This document shows, piece after piece, positions 52,530-64,000 of a stretch of DNA of 64,000 nucleotides; position 1 is the first letter of the stretch, and every line of letters begins with the position of its first letter. Where the stretch lies: contig CM052817.1 of assembly GCA_028534125.1 (NCBI GenBank), forward strand, positions 39,062,001 to 39,126,000, in the 5' to 3' direction. The DNA comes from Lama glama (taxonomy: Eukaryota). The notes under the pieces were generated by a model. It saw only the letters and a program-made list of their open reading frames with translations. It was not told where the DNA came from and ran no database searches. A program made the position numbers and the translations under genes.

Positions 52530-52915
52530 GTTCTATTTGGTTACTTTTGAGAACTCTGAACTGGGACTAAGAGATTCCAGTCTCATCTGAGTCAGTGTCT
52601 TGAATGCTCTGAGTAAGGAACTGTGGCTGGTGATGAGCTTGGAGAAGCAGAGAAAATTGACCAGCAAAGAAGGATGAAGCAGAGAGGCAGGCACAGGAGG
52701 AGACTGTGTGATGCCCTTTGGGAAGGATGAGGGCTGAGAGAGGGGCTGCTGTCTTCCTGCCAGCTTTTCAGGTCTTGATTCTGCTCCTCTGAGATCTGGC
52801 AATCATCCATCCCCAGGGTTCTCATACTCTTTGTTTTCTTATAATAAACACATCCCCTTTTTTTCTTAAGTGTATTTGATATTTCTCTTACTTTAGCTCA
52901 AGGAACTTTGATTGC
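52530..52915 (+). mobile_element. Ancient MaLR/MLT1-like LTR
   Basis: Purine-rich middle, then aataaacacatcccctttttttcttaag...tttctcttacttt, an LTR-type 3' end. Confidence 0.5.
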
Positions 52916-54366
52916 AAGAGAATAATGCCGATTGGATCTAATGATATGAGACTTAATTAAAGTGATCATACTAGCTTAAATGCCCATCCCTATCAGACTC
53001 AGGAAGATATTGTTGGAGACTTCCAAGTTCATAGAAAAGTAGATAAACAAACTTTATTCATCATTTCCTGTAGCAGTGCCACACTAGAGTGAGAATGAAA
53101 ATAAAAGTTGCTTCTCCACTGTTTCTCATGTAGAAAATAAAATGTGATGTGCGTTATAATTATTAGATAATACTGCATTTTAGTGTAGATTTAGATGTTG
53201 AATGTCAGTTTTTTTCTGCCTTCTGGGTCTATTACCTCCCTGAGTCTGTTTTCTCATTTGTTGGAGATAACAGTTTCTTCTTTTCAGGCTCTTTGTGAGA
53301 ATTAAATGGGTAACACATGTCAAGCGCCTGGCTCAGAGCCGATGTTCTTTTCAGCAGAGTGTACAGTGTATCGAGTGCCTCTGATGTATCCCAGTAATAA
53401 CAGCTAAAACTTAAGAAGCACTCACTCTGTGCTAGGTGTGACTGCATCCTTTCGTATATTAGTGTATTTAATTAAATTCTCACACCAGCCCCAGGAGGTA
53501 CATAGAACAACTGCAAGTGTTCTGCCCATTGCCCGCTGCACTCACCTTTTCACCTGCAATGACCTTACCACTTGCAATCACTAGCTCCTGCAGCTCCCTG
53601 TCTGCTGGTGAGAGGCTGCTGAGCCTGCAGGTGGGAGTACGGAAGTGGCAGATCTGAGACTCACACCTAGGCAGCCTGGCTCTGGAGGCTACATCCCAAC
53701 CACTATATGCTCTTCTAAGACTAAGCAGGATGCAGGGAGGTCAAAGCCCAAATCGAAATGTCTGCTTTCCTTCTTGGTTGATGGGATCTGGGAAAATGGA
53801 ATTGTGTATCATAGTATTTTAGAGCCTAGGTCTAAAAGTCTACCTGTTCATTTTTTTTTTTTTTGGTAGGATTAAAAATAGTGCTTAGAGACATGGAAGA
53901 ACTTGACTAAGTTCACAATATTCAATGCAGATTAGAAATGGAATCAGAGATAATTCATCCTGCACATTTTAGGGGGCAGTTTTAAAACTTCAAAATTTAC
54001 ATTTTATTTTGTATCACATATATGACATAATAAAAATCATTGGTTAAGATTCTATAAAATAGCAAGAATTTGAACATAGGAGTCAGCCAGGCTTCGGGCT
54101 GTAACTGCTATGCCAGTGAGTGAGGCTGGTGATGAAGAAGGACTTGGCAAATCAGCTGGACAGGATTCTTTTCTATAGCTCTAATGATGTCCAGACCTCA
54201 GCCACCTCAAGCTATAGTCAGTATGGGACCCAGATGGACTTTTTAAAAATATGAGGATGAATGTCATTCTTACTTAAGATTATTTTAAAAATCTTTCTGG
54301 AAGAACAAGTGACAGGAGTAACTATCCATGGGAGAAAAAAGCAAAGAAAGTCCGTTAATATTTTTT

Positions 54367-54490
54367 ATTTTTTTTGGCAGGGTGGGAGGTAATTAGGTTT
54401 ATTTATTTTCAGAGGAGGTACTGGGGATTGAACCCAGGACTTCCTGCATGCTAAGCATGTATTCTACCACTTGAGCTATACCCTCCCCCC
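54367..54490 (-). mobile_element. Camelid tRNA-derived SINE (Vic-1 type)
   Basis: ggaggtactggggattgaacccaggac...ctaccacttgagctataccctcccc. 16-bp TSD tc(c/t)gttaatatttttt at 54351-54366 and 54491-54506. Confidence 0.95.
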
Positions 54491-55007
54491 TCTGTTAATA
54501 TTTTTTAAACCATCTCCCATTCATGGACAGACATCAGCCTACTACTACTCTAAGAAAGCTTGCCCCCTGATGAACACATGTAACTCCTGGTGCCCGGAGT
54601 TGACAGTGCTCCTTTCTGTCACCTCACTTGGTTTCATCCTTCCTCTCTAACACACTCCTGTTAGGTTGTAAATCCCTCAGTGATCAGTCATGCTCTGCAT
54701 CCGTGCTTTCTGTCTGCCAGGTACCCAGCTAAGCATTTTCCAAGAACTCTCATTTCATTCTTTCAACAAGTTTAGGAGGCAAGTACTATTATTAACTCCA
54801 TTTTAGAGATGTAGACGATGAGGAAGCTGAGGAACATAGGAGCCCTAAAGATTATAAGTGAGCTGGGGCTCAAACTCAGGCACTCCAACTGAACAACTCC
54901 ATATACCCTCTCTTGCCTTAGACGTATTTGTCTACTTGAGGCAGTTGCTGAGCACAAATGTTCCTTTGTTCCATAATCATGAGAAGGGAGACATGGGCTG
55001 GAATCGT

Positions 55008-55695
55008 TTTGTTTTTTTTAAAGATTTAATGTTTTTAGAACAGTTTTAGGTTCACAACAAAATTGAGAGGAAGGTACAGAGATTTCCCATATACCCCCTG
55101 CCCCCGCACAAGCATGGCCTCTGCAGTTATCAGCATCCTCCACTAGAACGGTCCATCTGTTATAGCTGATGAACCTACACTGACATGTCACAGTCGCCCA
55201 AAGTCCATAGTTTACCTTGGGGTTCACTCTTGATGTTGAACATTCTGTGAGTTTGGAGAAATGTATAATGACTCTATCTATCAGTATAATATCATACAGA
55301 GTGTTTTCACTACACTGAAAATCCTCTGTGCTCCACCTGTTCATCCCTCCTCCTGACTCCAGTCCCTGGAAACCACTGATCTTTTTACTGTCTTCAGAGT
55401 TTCGCCTTTGCCTGAATGTCGTATGGTTGTGATCATACCGTTTATAGCCTTTTCAGATTGGCTTCTTTCATGTAGCAATACGCACTTTAAGTTCCTCCAC
55501 ATCTTTTTGAGGCTTGATAGATCATTTTCTTTTTAGCACTGAATGAAACTCCATTGCTTAGATGTACCACAGCTTACTTACCCTTTGTTGCTGAAGGTCA
55601 TCTTGGTAACTTCCAAGTTTTGGCAATTATGTGTAAAGCTGCTGTAAATGTCAGTGTGCAGGTTTTTGTGTGGACATAAGTTCTAGATACTTTTT
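55008..55695 (-). mobile_element. L1MC1/L1MB-like 3' end
   Basis: ttttagaacagttttaggttcacaacaaaattgagaggaaggtacagagatttcccatataccccc...gtgcaggtttttgtgtggacataag. Confidence 0.9.
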
Positions 55696-56559
55696 TCTTT
55701 TTTACTTTAAACAGAAAATTTAGTCTGCCATCAGTTTGTGGGGTACTTCCTTCACATTTTTTAGAATGAAAACACAGGCTCCCAAGCAGGTGGTAGGAGC
55801 TGTGCTGAACTGTCAAGCCAGGATTGCCTGACTCGAGGGACAGTATTCTTAACACTCTCCAGCACTGTCTGTCTCAAAGGAGGGGCAACTCCGGATCTCT
55901 TTGTCTATATATTTTTAAGAGGGCTTGCCTATGTTGCTGATTTAATAGAGTTACATGATACTCCATCTAAGTGTAGTAGGGGAAGGCTTTGGACATGCTA
56001 GAATGAAGGAGCGGGGCTGTGCATGCCCCTGCTCTACTAAGCACAGGGAGTAGATTAGAAGGTGCAGAACACGAGGGAGGGGGCTTTGAGGAAGCTGGCC
56101 CAGCTGCAAGGAGGAGCGGAGTGGGGAGCCATGCTGGTGAATCAGGGCAGAGGAACAGAACCTGACAGAGGGGAGACCTAGTTGAGTCTTCGTTAGTGTT
56201 TGTTGGCCTGGAGGATGCTTTCTTTCCACGTGAATTTTAGAGAGGGCTTGGCTGATTCTAGAAGCAGTTTATTCAGTACAGAGCTGGGAAAGTCTTGTAT
56301 GCTTTGCAGTCCAGAGACGGTCTCTGTTTTAAAATATCTCAGCCTCCCTTTAGCCCTAAAGTTCAGTGAAGAACACACAGGGCTTGGGATCAGTTAGAAC
56401 TTAAGTCACGGAGACACAGCAGCATTGGGAATTCTTCTTTTGAGGATGAAAGAACTGAAATCCAGTTGCCCCCTGCTCTGCCTTTCTCAAACTCACTCTC
56501 ACTTAGGAAGTTGCTCTCCTGCTGTGGGACTTTCCAGCTGGAGGAAACTTTAGCTAAAA

Positions 56560-57460
56560 GTCTATTGACCACCTTTGGTCATGATCATATCCTGTCATGA
56601 GCCAGTATATTCATAATGACTTTGTTAGGGAAAACTGGACCAGTGAGTCAATTTTTTTTTTTAAGGAAGTTTGGAGCCGAGGTACTATTATTCAATTAGA
56701 ATAGATGAAGTGCATTTTTTTCCCACAAAATAGAGCTCTTTACATTCACTAGGTCCAGAAATAGAGTCCAAATGACTCAAGGCAGACAAATATTATTTAG
56801 TAATTTCTTGAAAGTACGGGAGCCACACCATTAAACCTTCTGGCTACCTATTTCGTTGTTAGAAACCTTGCCAGCTGCTCTCTCCAGCTAGCTCACTGAG
56901 TCCATTCTTCAGGGTGAGAAAGACCTCGGGTGCATAGAAGCTGACATTTATATGTGCCGTGGGGCGTTATTTTTAGCAGCCATTTCATTGTAATAATGGA
57001 CTGGGTATTTATCAGATTGACAAGGATTGGGACACTCAATAAGAAGTAAAAAGTTGGAAATGATCAGCTGGATATTTCAGGCCTCTAAAATTATGTGATT
57101 AATTCATAACCTAAAATTCTACCCTGTGAAAAAATTTATGGTCTGAATAAACCAAACTATAAATCACCTGATTTATGTCTAATGGGTAGAGTCTGATTTC
57201 CTTTTTCCCTTTTTGGGTAGGAATGAGTGTGAGGTTCCGTGAAAGAAGAGTTTAATTTTATGTTTTTAACTTTAGATTTGCAAATAGAGACCATTTCCTT
57301 GGACTTGAAGTGAATGTGTGTAATAAGCACATGGCATTATTAACAGACTATAAAAAATGTTCTTTTGCATAGAAGCATTCACGGGTGGGCATGTATGTAT
57401 ACACATTTCTACAGGAGATTGTTAATGGACTGTTTTAAACCCTTACATCAACTGTTTTTT
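56560..57460. promoter_or_regulatory. Putative conserved enhancer
   Basis: AP-1 sites TGAGTCA at 56644 and TGACTCA at 56773. TGATTAAT at 57096. Inverted TGATTTAT pair at 57159-57176. Confidence 0.5.
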
Positions 57461-59289
57461 AAACAAGCTTCTTTGGGGCATCGCTTAAAATGTTTGCATT
57501 TTGGTAGCTGATCAAAGTCTTGGAGGTTTTGTGTAAATCAGTAGAGCTGGCATGACCAGTGCAGGATTTGAGGCCAAGGGAGGTTTTGTTTGAAGAATGG
57601 CACTGTTGCAGGGCTTGCCAGCCAGACGGTGAAGAATGCACTTCTGTTTTTGCCTCCCTACTGTACCTTCTTTTATCCTCTGCCTGTCCTCTGAGGACGT
57701 GTGGAATTCTTCCCAGCCCCATTCTGCTTAACCTTGCTTCTGATCTTTCTATTCAGTCCTTTAAGACTCTCACACACATAAACATCTCTCTCTGACAACA
57801 TGCCCAAATATACTGATTCCAAGACCCGGCCTGGTTTGCATGCAGTTAGCTTGGCTCATGTCTCCTGAAGGGGGCTGCCTTGGATTGGACACATAAGGCC
57901 CTTGAAGTCATGCCAAGCAAAAGCCCTGGCAGTGAGTCAAAACCTAAAAAGCTGAGTTGGCTAGTTGGCTACCTGTGCTGTGAAATGTAGACGTGTCAAG
58001 CCGCCCCTCCACTCTCAGGCTCATTGAGCCTGACACGTTCCAGAGTGGAGAACTGCTAATACTTGCTTCTCACCTTGTTGGGGATGAAACTTCTGGGGTT
58101 AAGTTGGTTTGGCCAGTGTCCTCATTTTACTTGATCTATGGAGAGAAGGTTTAAATACTAAAGACCCCCTTATCACCAATTTTATGAGCAAACCATGAGC
58201 AAAGAATTTAAAACTAACAAAAAATTGGTTACAAACCACTAAAAAAAACTAAATAATATTAAACAAACAAAAAAACTAATGAAAGACATCTTGGTGGCAC
58301 AATAATTATAGTACTTCTCTGAAAGTAATGTTTAATACTTGAATGATTATGACTTATTAAGGAAACACTTTCTTGCTTGTGTTTAGTAAATTAAAGGCAA
58401 CAATAAAATGTAGGTAGGAAAGGAAATCTTCTCATGTAATTTTATGGTTGCTTTTATATCATTAAGGAAATAGTTCATTTGGTTGCAAATTGCAACTTCC
58501 ACGATGAAGGAAACATGACAAAAATGGTAGCAAAAATCCACAGTTCCTATGACGCAAACCATTGCTTCTCCCTGTGCTTGGATACCAAGGACCTCTGGTT
58601 GGATGAAAAGGATCCTTCTCTGCCAGAAGAATAAAACACCTCTTTGTCCCAACTTTTAGATACTAAAATATGAAAAAATATATTCATCTTAAAATGTTTG
58701 AAATCTGATTGATTGTTTTGGTGGAATCTTTGAAGACTTGAAGGGCCTTGACTAATCTTGTTTTTCTTATAATGAAGGATCCCTGCCATTCATCCAGGAG
58801 TCCCTGGCAGTTATCACGGGAGGAAAAAATATTTTCCAGAGGAAGCAGTATTTTCCAGGTGGTTATCATATCGTTGGTGTTCTCAGTGGTTTTATATGGT
58901 GGGAATCTCATAGGTGATTTTGATCAAGAAAAATGGGAATGACAGTATCTACTTTGTGTTGATGTAGAAATTAAGTTAGATAAACTTAAAGCCCTGGAGC
59001 ATAGTAGGAGCTAAAAAGATATTAGCACCTATCCCTTCTAATCTGAAACTAAAGAATAGATTGAGAGAGTTCACATTCTCTAGTTATTTATTTACATATC
59101 CATCACCCATTTCCACCCTTTGCCTCAAACTGTGTCCGCCACTTTTTTTTCCTCTAGTGTCTGGAATACAATAGATACTCAGGAAATAATTGTTGACTTG
59201 AAGACTGGGTAGTGGAAAATAATGTAAGATATGTCTATTCAGATTAAATTGTGGAAGACTAGACTAGAAAGCCATGAAAATATGTTTTC

Positions 59290-60090
59290 TAGTTTCCAGC
59301 TTAGTAAATATTCATCTTCTTTCCCCAAAACTTAGTTCTTAAAATCATTCATCTTCCTAGACTAGAAACCTTGGGGTTGTATTCAACTCTGCCCTTTTCT
59401 TGCACCAAATGTTGTCATTTGTGTCTTTAAATTTATGGATTCACATTTTGTTCTTTATTTTTATTTTATTCTCACCTGTCAAGAGCCTCAACACATGAAT
59501 TACTTCTATAGCGTTCTGACCTCAATCCCAGCCTTTTTTTTTTTTCTCTTTCTCTCTTCAACCTTTTTAAGTGAGATACAAGACTAATCTTTCTAGAGCA
59601 CTCATTTGATCATTTAAGACCAGGCTCAAATTTATGACCTTTTCCTTATGACCAAGTCTCCCTCCTACTTAACAAAACAAGACCGACTCCTTAATCTGTT
59701 GATTAGACTCGTCCACTGTGTAGAACCCATTGTACTTAGTCCATCTTATTTCTTTCCACGTATACCATGAATGTTCCACTACAGAAAGACTTCTATATCT
59801 GTTTGTTTTTTTCCCCCACATCCTCCTGATTCTTCCTGCCATTTGACTTTGGTCATGCTCTCCTCTTAGTCTGAAATCTTCTCTCTCTTCCCTCTACACT
59901 TTTTTACATCTTCTTCGTACGCTCAGATCTACAAAGTCTTCTCCAGTGATCTCAGCCCATGTTGATCTTTCCCTATTTGAAAACCTCAGGAGTTATTTTT
60001 AATTGCTTTACGCTTGTTAGTTTTGCTTCTCCTGCTAAATTATAAAGCCCTTGAGTCCAAGCTTTTCTATCTTCTGTGTTCCTCTTAACG
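59290..60090 (+). mobile_element. L2 3' region, degenerate
   Basis: tagaaaccttggggttgtattcaactc...ctaaattataaagcccttgag. Confidence 0.6.
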
Positions 60091-60457
60091 CAGAACTAGG
60101 ACTTCGTCATAGGAGCTGAGAATTGTTTTCCTACTGATGAATTGAACTAGAGGACCAGTTAAGATGACTGAGCAAGAAACTACCTCAAGAGAAAGTGGTT
60201 CTTGAGGAATATAGCATGGTCTAGCGTGGGCCACGGAATGGAATGGAATGAAGGGAGAACTTGTATTAGGAATAAAACATTTTATGTAAACTTGTGGATC
60301 ATTGTGTGAATTGTTGCTGAAAGTCACCTGAAATTTATTTCCAGGAGTGTGGGAATGTTCAAGGATATAGCACAGAAATATTATTAAAATCTCTTTAGAG
60401 TCTCAAGATTTAAATCATGTAACACTGTGAATCCCTAATTGATTTAGACTTTTTGTG

Positions 60458-60722
60458 AGGTTTTTCAAAACTGTTACATGATGCAACACTGTGTTCTGTG
60501 AGAAAGCTAAAGTGTTTAATGGTCAGCATACTTTGGGAAATGTGATTAATCTAGAGAGTTTTTTTTTTTTAACTTCAGAGACTCTCAAAGTCTTTTGAAT
60601 GCTATTGTACACTGTGAGTCTCCAGATTCATGACAAAACCCCCCCCCCTTTTTTTATGAGGAATACATATTATATCACAATGAATACTGAAGTTCCATAG
60701 AACATGGTCTAAGAACACACAG
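60458..60722. mobile_element. MER103C-like hAT element
   Basis: atggtcagcatactttgggaaatg...actctcaaagtcttttgaatgctattgtacactgtgagtctcca. Confidence 0.65.
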
Positions 60723-61344
60723 CTGTGAAGGTCAAAGACTTTTCAATTTTTTGGTTAATGTTAGTCATTCTTGTAACTTAATCTAAGTAATTTAACCTGT
60801 CCTAATTAGAATATGGTCCCTTCAAATTTCCCAGATGTGTATGGCAATGAGATGGTTAATGAAAGTCAATTTACTTAAAGGTAAATCCATAGCAAGCTCT
60901 TGAAATGGACAAGCTGAACTCCTTTTTTACAATTGTGCTATCATGCTGGCAGCTCCAATTTATTAAGCTTTAAATGTTGCCAATTTTGTTGTTCAAATTC
61001 CTATCCTAGAGCAATTGGATTTGCAGACCAGGAACTGGTAAATGGATGTTGGATAAAGCTCACAATGGAGACATAAATGCTTTTTTGGCACCATGACTTG
61101 GCATGGATTGACATCAAAGCTTATTTGCTCATTTTTCCCCCTAAATTGGAGGCATTTTAACCTATTTAAGTTCTAGATTTTTGGAGTAAATGTTCTATGA
61201 GTTCATTATAAAATTATACTATAATAACCTTCTGGAAAGCTCAAGTTTTTCCAATTCAGCATTCCAGTTCTTTTCCTTTTAGAAGTTCTCTATATTACAT
61301 TGGTCTTTCAGGTACCCAACAGTACACCATCATGACCACCATCA

Positions 61345-61560
61345 TCACTTGTACTGCCATTAACACTGTTTAATGATCCTTACTGTGAACCAGACATTGT
61401 AATAAAAATATTACATATATTTTCTCACTTAATCCTAACAACAATTCTTTGAAGTAGGATTTCACATTCGAGGAAATTGAGTTTGTGAGAGATTGGATAA
61501 CATTTGAACGCAGTTCTGTCAGATCTCAAAGCATAAACACTTAACTATTGTACTCCATGG
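61345..61560 (-). mobile_element. MIR SINE
   Basis: tctcacttaatcctaacaacaattctttgaagtagg...gaggaaattgag. Confidence 0.75.
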
Positions 61561-61728
61561 ATTTAGGCACAGTTTCTAATGGGTACCCATACGCATGTGT
61601 GCATAAGAAATCACATATGTTCTTTTGTTCCTTTGAGTATTTCTTGGCAAAGATGATTACAGATTCCTTTTATCTTGTGGAAGTAGCTAGATTCTCTCAC
61701 CAAGTCTAGAAAGTAGGGATATCAAATA

Positions 61729-62417
61729 CATGCAGTCCTCAATTTGCAAAATTCTGGTGTGAACAGACTTCAGTTATTATGGTTTACTGAAACAGTACCA
61801 GTACCCAACAATGTGGGTCAAATTTTAGTTACTCTAGTACATTCACTGTGAGCAACTGCATAAAGCATAAACTTCCCTGCTAGCTCTTTCATCCACAAAT
61901 CACTATGTAAATGACAGATAAGTATCATGATCAGTGATCAATCACAGTATTCAGACTCTGTCAGTGATTGGTCACTGAGCATCTGTTCTGCAGCTCATGC
62001 ACAGACAACAAAGTGTTTGTTGTGTTGCCTCCTTGTGTTATTTTTGTTTTTATTTTGCTGATTGAATATTTGCTGCCCACTCACTAAATACCAGGCATCA
62101 TTCTGGGTGCCAGAGATCAAGCAGTGAAGAAGACACCTTTTGAGGGGCAGATGCATGGTGAACTTGGGAGACTGACAAAGCCTTGTGGCATCTTACAGGA
62201 GTGCATAACTGAAGGAGGGAATTGTCCAACAAAGATGAAGTTGCAACAAAGAAATAAAAAGTGAGCATGCTGGAAGAGAAATTCGAATTAAACTTAAATG
62301 GAGTTGTAGAAGAAATAACTGAGGGAATGTTGACACTGTCCTTATTCAAGAGACTCTGAACGTGCAGCTGAGGAACTTGATGAAGGCAAACTCATCATCA
62401 TAAATGAGGAAAGTCAT
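61729..62417. mobile_element. Tigger (TcMar) element, Tigger8-like, interrupted twice
   Basis: Begins after TA with catgcagtcctc. Internal catgatcagtgatcaatcac...gtgattggtcactg and gggaattgtccaacaaagatgaag. Cut off by the L1 at 62418. Confidence 0.7.
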
Positions 62418-64000
62418 GGAGAGAAGCAAGATGGCAGAGTAGAATGACACTTGTAGCTCACTCTCTCCCACAAATACACCAAAACTCACATCTGCAGACC
62501 CACTCAGCCAACCAGAGCACCTGCCGAACTCCGACAGAACATCGCCCTCTTCGAAAGACAAAGACGCCAAAAATCTGGTAGGAGAAAAGGAATAAAGAAA
62601 GAAGAAAAAGCAAAACAGTGTGGGATTGGTCCCATGGGGAGGGAGCAGCAAAGCAGGAATAGCGCTCGTTCACTGGGTCTCCCTCCTCCAACAGAGAGGC
62701 TAGTGGGACAAAGCGGGAGCCTCCAAGGCTCAGATCTGCCCGGAGCACCCCTCGACCGACAGAATGAAGTTAAACGGGCACAAAGGGTCCCTGCAACACC
62801 CAGCCCGAGATGCGAGCTGGCAGCTGGGGGCTAGGACAGCTGCCCGAGCTGGGCGGAGGACTGGGGCGGCTGCACTGAGGCAGCCCCGGGGGACTGCAGG
62901 GTGCTGCGCGCCATGGCTGGGAGGGGATATGGATCAGAACAACCTCGATCCCCCATAAATTGCAAAAAAGCAAAGCAACAAGGCTGGTGGGCCCTGGGGG
63001 GAGGGGCGCTGTAGCCTTTGTCTCCTCAGACCCATGGTGCCATTACCCGTGGTGCCATTACTGGCGCTTCTCGTGAGAAGAGAGGTGGGGCGCAGCCACA
63101 GCCACCATCTCCTCCTGTGCGCAGTGCCTGGGCGGGGGTGGGGCCAAGCCCTGAATCCACACCCAGGCGCTCAGCAACCTCCTGGGCAGGACTGGGACTT
63201 GTTTACAGCCCAAGGCAGATAGGATCTTTCTGCCCTGGCACCTCAGAGAACTCGCACCACCAAGACAAACAAGGAGCTGAGATTTGGCATGGAGCGGGGT
63301 GGGGGCTGTTCTGCGGTCTTCCTCGAGCCTGCCTTCAGAGCGCTGACCCAAGGTGGAGCAGGCAGCTGCACAGAGCAGTGGAGCGACTGACGCTGGGAGA
63401 GGGCAGGCGGCCACCTGCCTTCCTGGCAGGAATGCAGCACCTGACTGTGGTGCTGGGAGGGGGCACTATCCACCCACCTGCCTTGCCCAAGCGCAGCATC
63501 TGACTACGGCATCGGGAGAGGGAGTGACCCGCCCGCCCACTGGGTAAGAGCTCAGCACCTGACCCAGTGTTGGGAGGGGGCGCGATCTGCTAGCCGACAG
63601 CCACTGGGAGCAGCACAGATGAGGACGCCAACAGAGGGCCTCTGGAAACAGCAAGCTGAGTTCACAAAACAGGCAAAGACACAAAAACCTCTTGATAAAA
63701 TCATTAAGAGCACGCTGTCTCCAGGAGAACTAGATAACTGATACTCCTTAAGCCACACTGCCAGAGAGATATGAGCAATATGAAGAAGCAGAGGAATCAC
63801 TCCCAATTAAAAGATCAAGAGAAATCCCCTGAAAGCAAGATCAAGGAAATAGACATTGATGGCCTACTAGATCAAGATTTCAAAAAAGGACTGATCAGAG
63901 TACTGAAGGAACTAAAATAAATAGCATTTAGAGGTATAAAATATGTCAAAAATGAGATACAAGCTATAAAGGAGAACCAAGTAGAATTAGTAAACTCATT
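62418..64000 (+). mobile_element. L1 with intact 5' UTR and start of ORF1 (runs off the window)
   Basis: YY1-like caagatggc at the 5' end. GC/CpG-rich 5' UTR with roughly 60-bp subrepeats. ORF1 begins at ATG 63771. Confidence 0.9.
63771..64000 (+). pseudogene. L1 ORF1p N-terminus with premature stop
   Basis: MSNMKKQRNHSQLKDQEKSPESKIKEIDIDGLLDQDFKKGLIRVLKELK*IAFRGIKYVKNEIQAIKENQVELVNS. TAA at 63918-63920, and the frame stays open after it. Confidence 0.8.

Noticed and set aside
62346..63806. Cluster of GC-rich ORFs resembling a gene with a CpG-island promoter
   Set aside because: They lie in the L1 5' UTR, where high GC content makes stop codons scarce.
1..64000. CRISPR arrays, operons or prokaryote-type defence systems
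   Set aside because: There is no regularly spaced repeat-spacer array and no gene-dense region; the sequence is mammalian.
1..64000. Naming the host gene
   Set aside because: I recognised no coding exon, so any gene name would be a guess without an alignment.

Overview
This is mammalian non-coding DNA, almost certainly from a camelid (alpaca, llama or camel). Two tRNA-derived Vic-1-type SINEs and young L1 ends of camelid type support that assignment. I found no credible host protein-coding exon, tRNA/rRNA gene or CRISPR array. The ORF track consists of chance ORFs, ORFs across a 500-N assembly gap, and L1 ORF1/ORF2 remnants. The window has two components. The first is layered transposons: MIR, L2, old and young L1, solo LTRs, MLT1, MER63, MER53, MER20, MER5, MER103 and Tigger8-like elements, many with readable target-site duplications (TSDs) and nesting. 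The second is several repeat-free blocks rich in TAAT/TGATnnAT motifs that look like conserved enhancers (about 22, 24.5, 31.6-32.2, 39, 41, 52, 57 and 61 kb), as expected in a large intron or gene desert near a developmental regulator. I could not identify the host gene. The most notable observations are a perfect ERE beside FOX and GATA sites, a perfect DR1, an inverted pair of PBX-HOX sites, three apparent retro-transduced or orphan insertions, and several exon-like splice-signal pairs on the + strand. I found no new multi-gene system. Repeat family names come from recalled consensus similarity, not from a search, and boundaries without a TSD are approximate.
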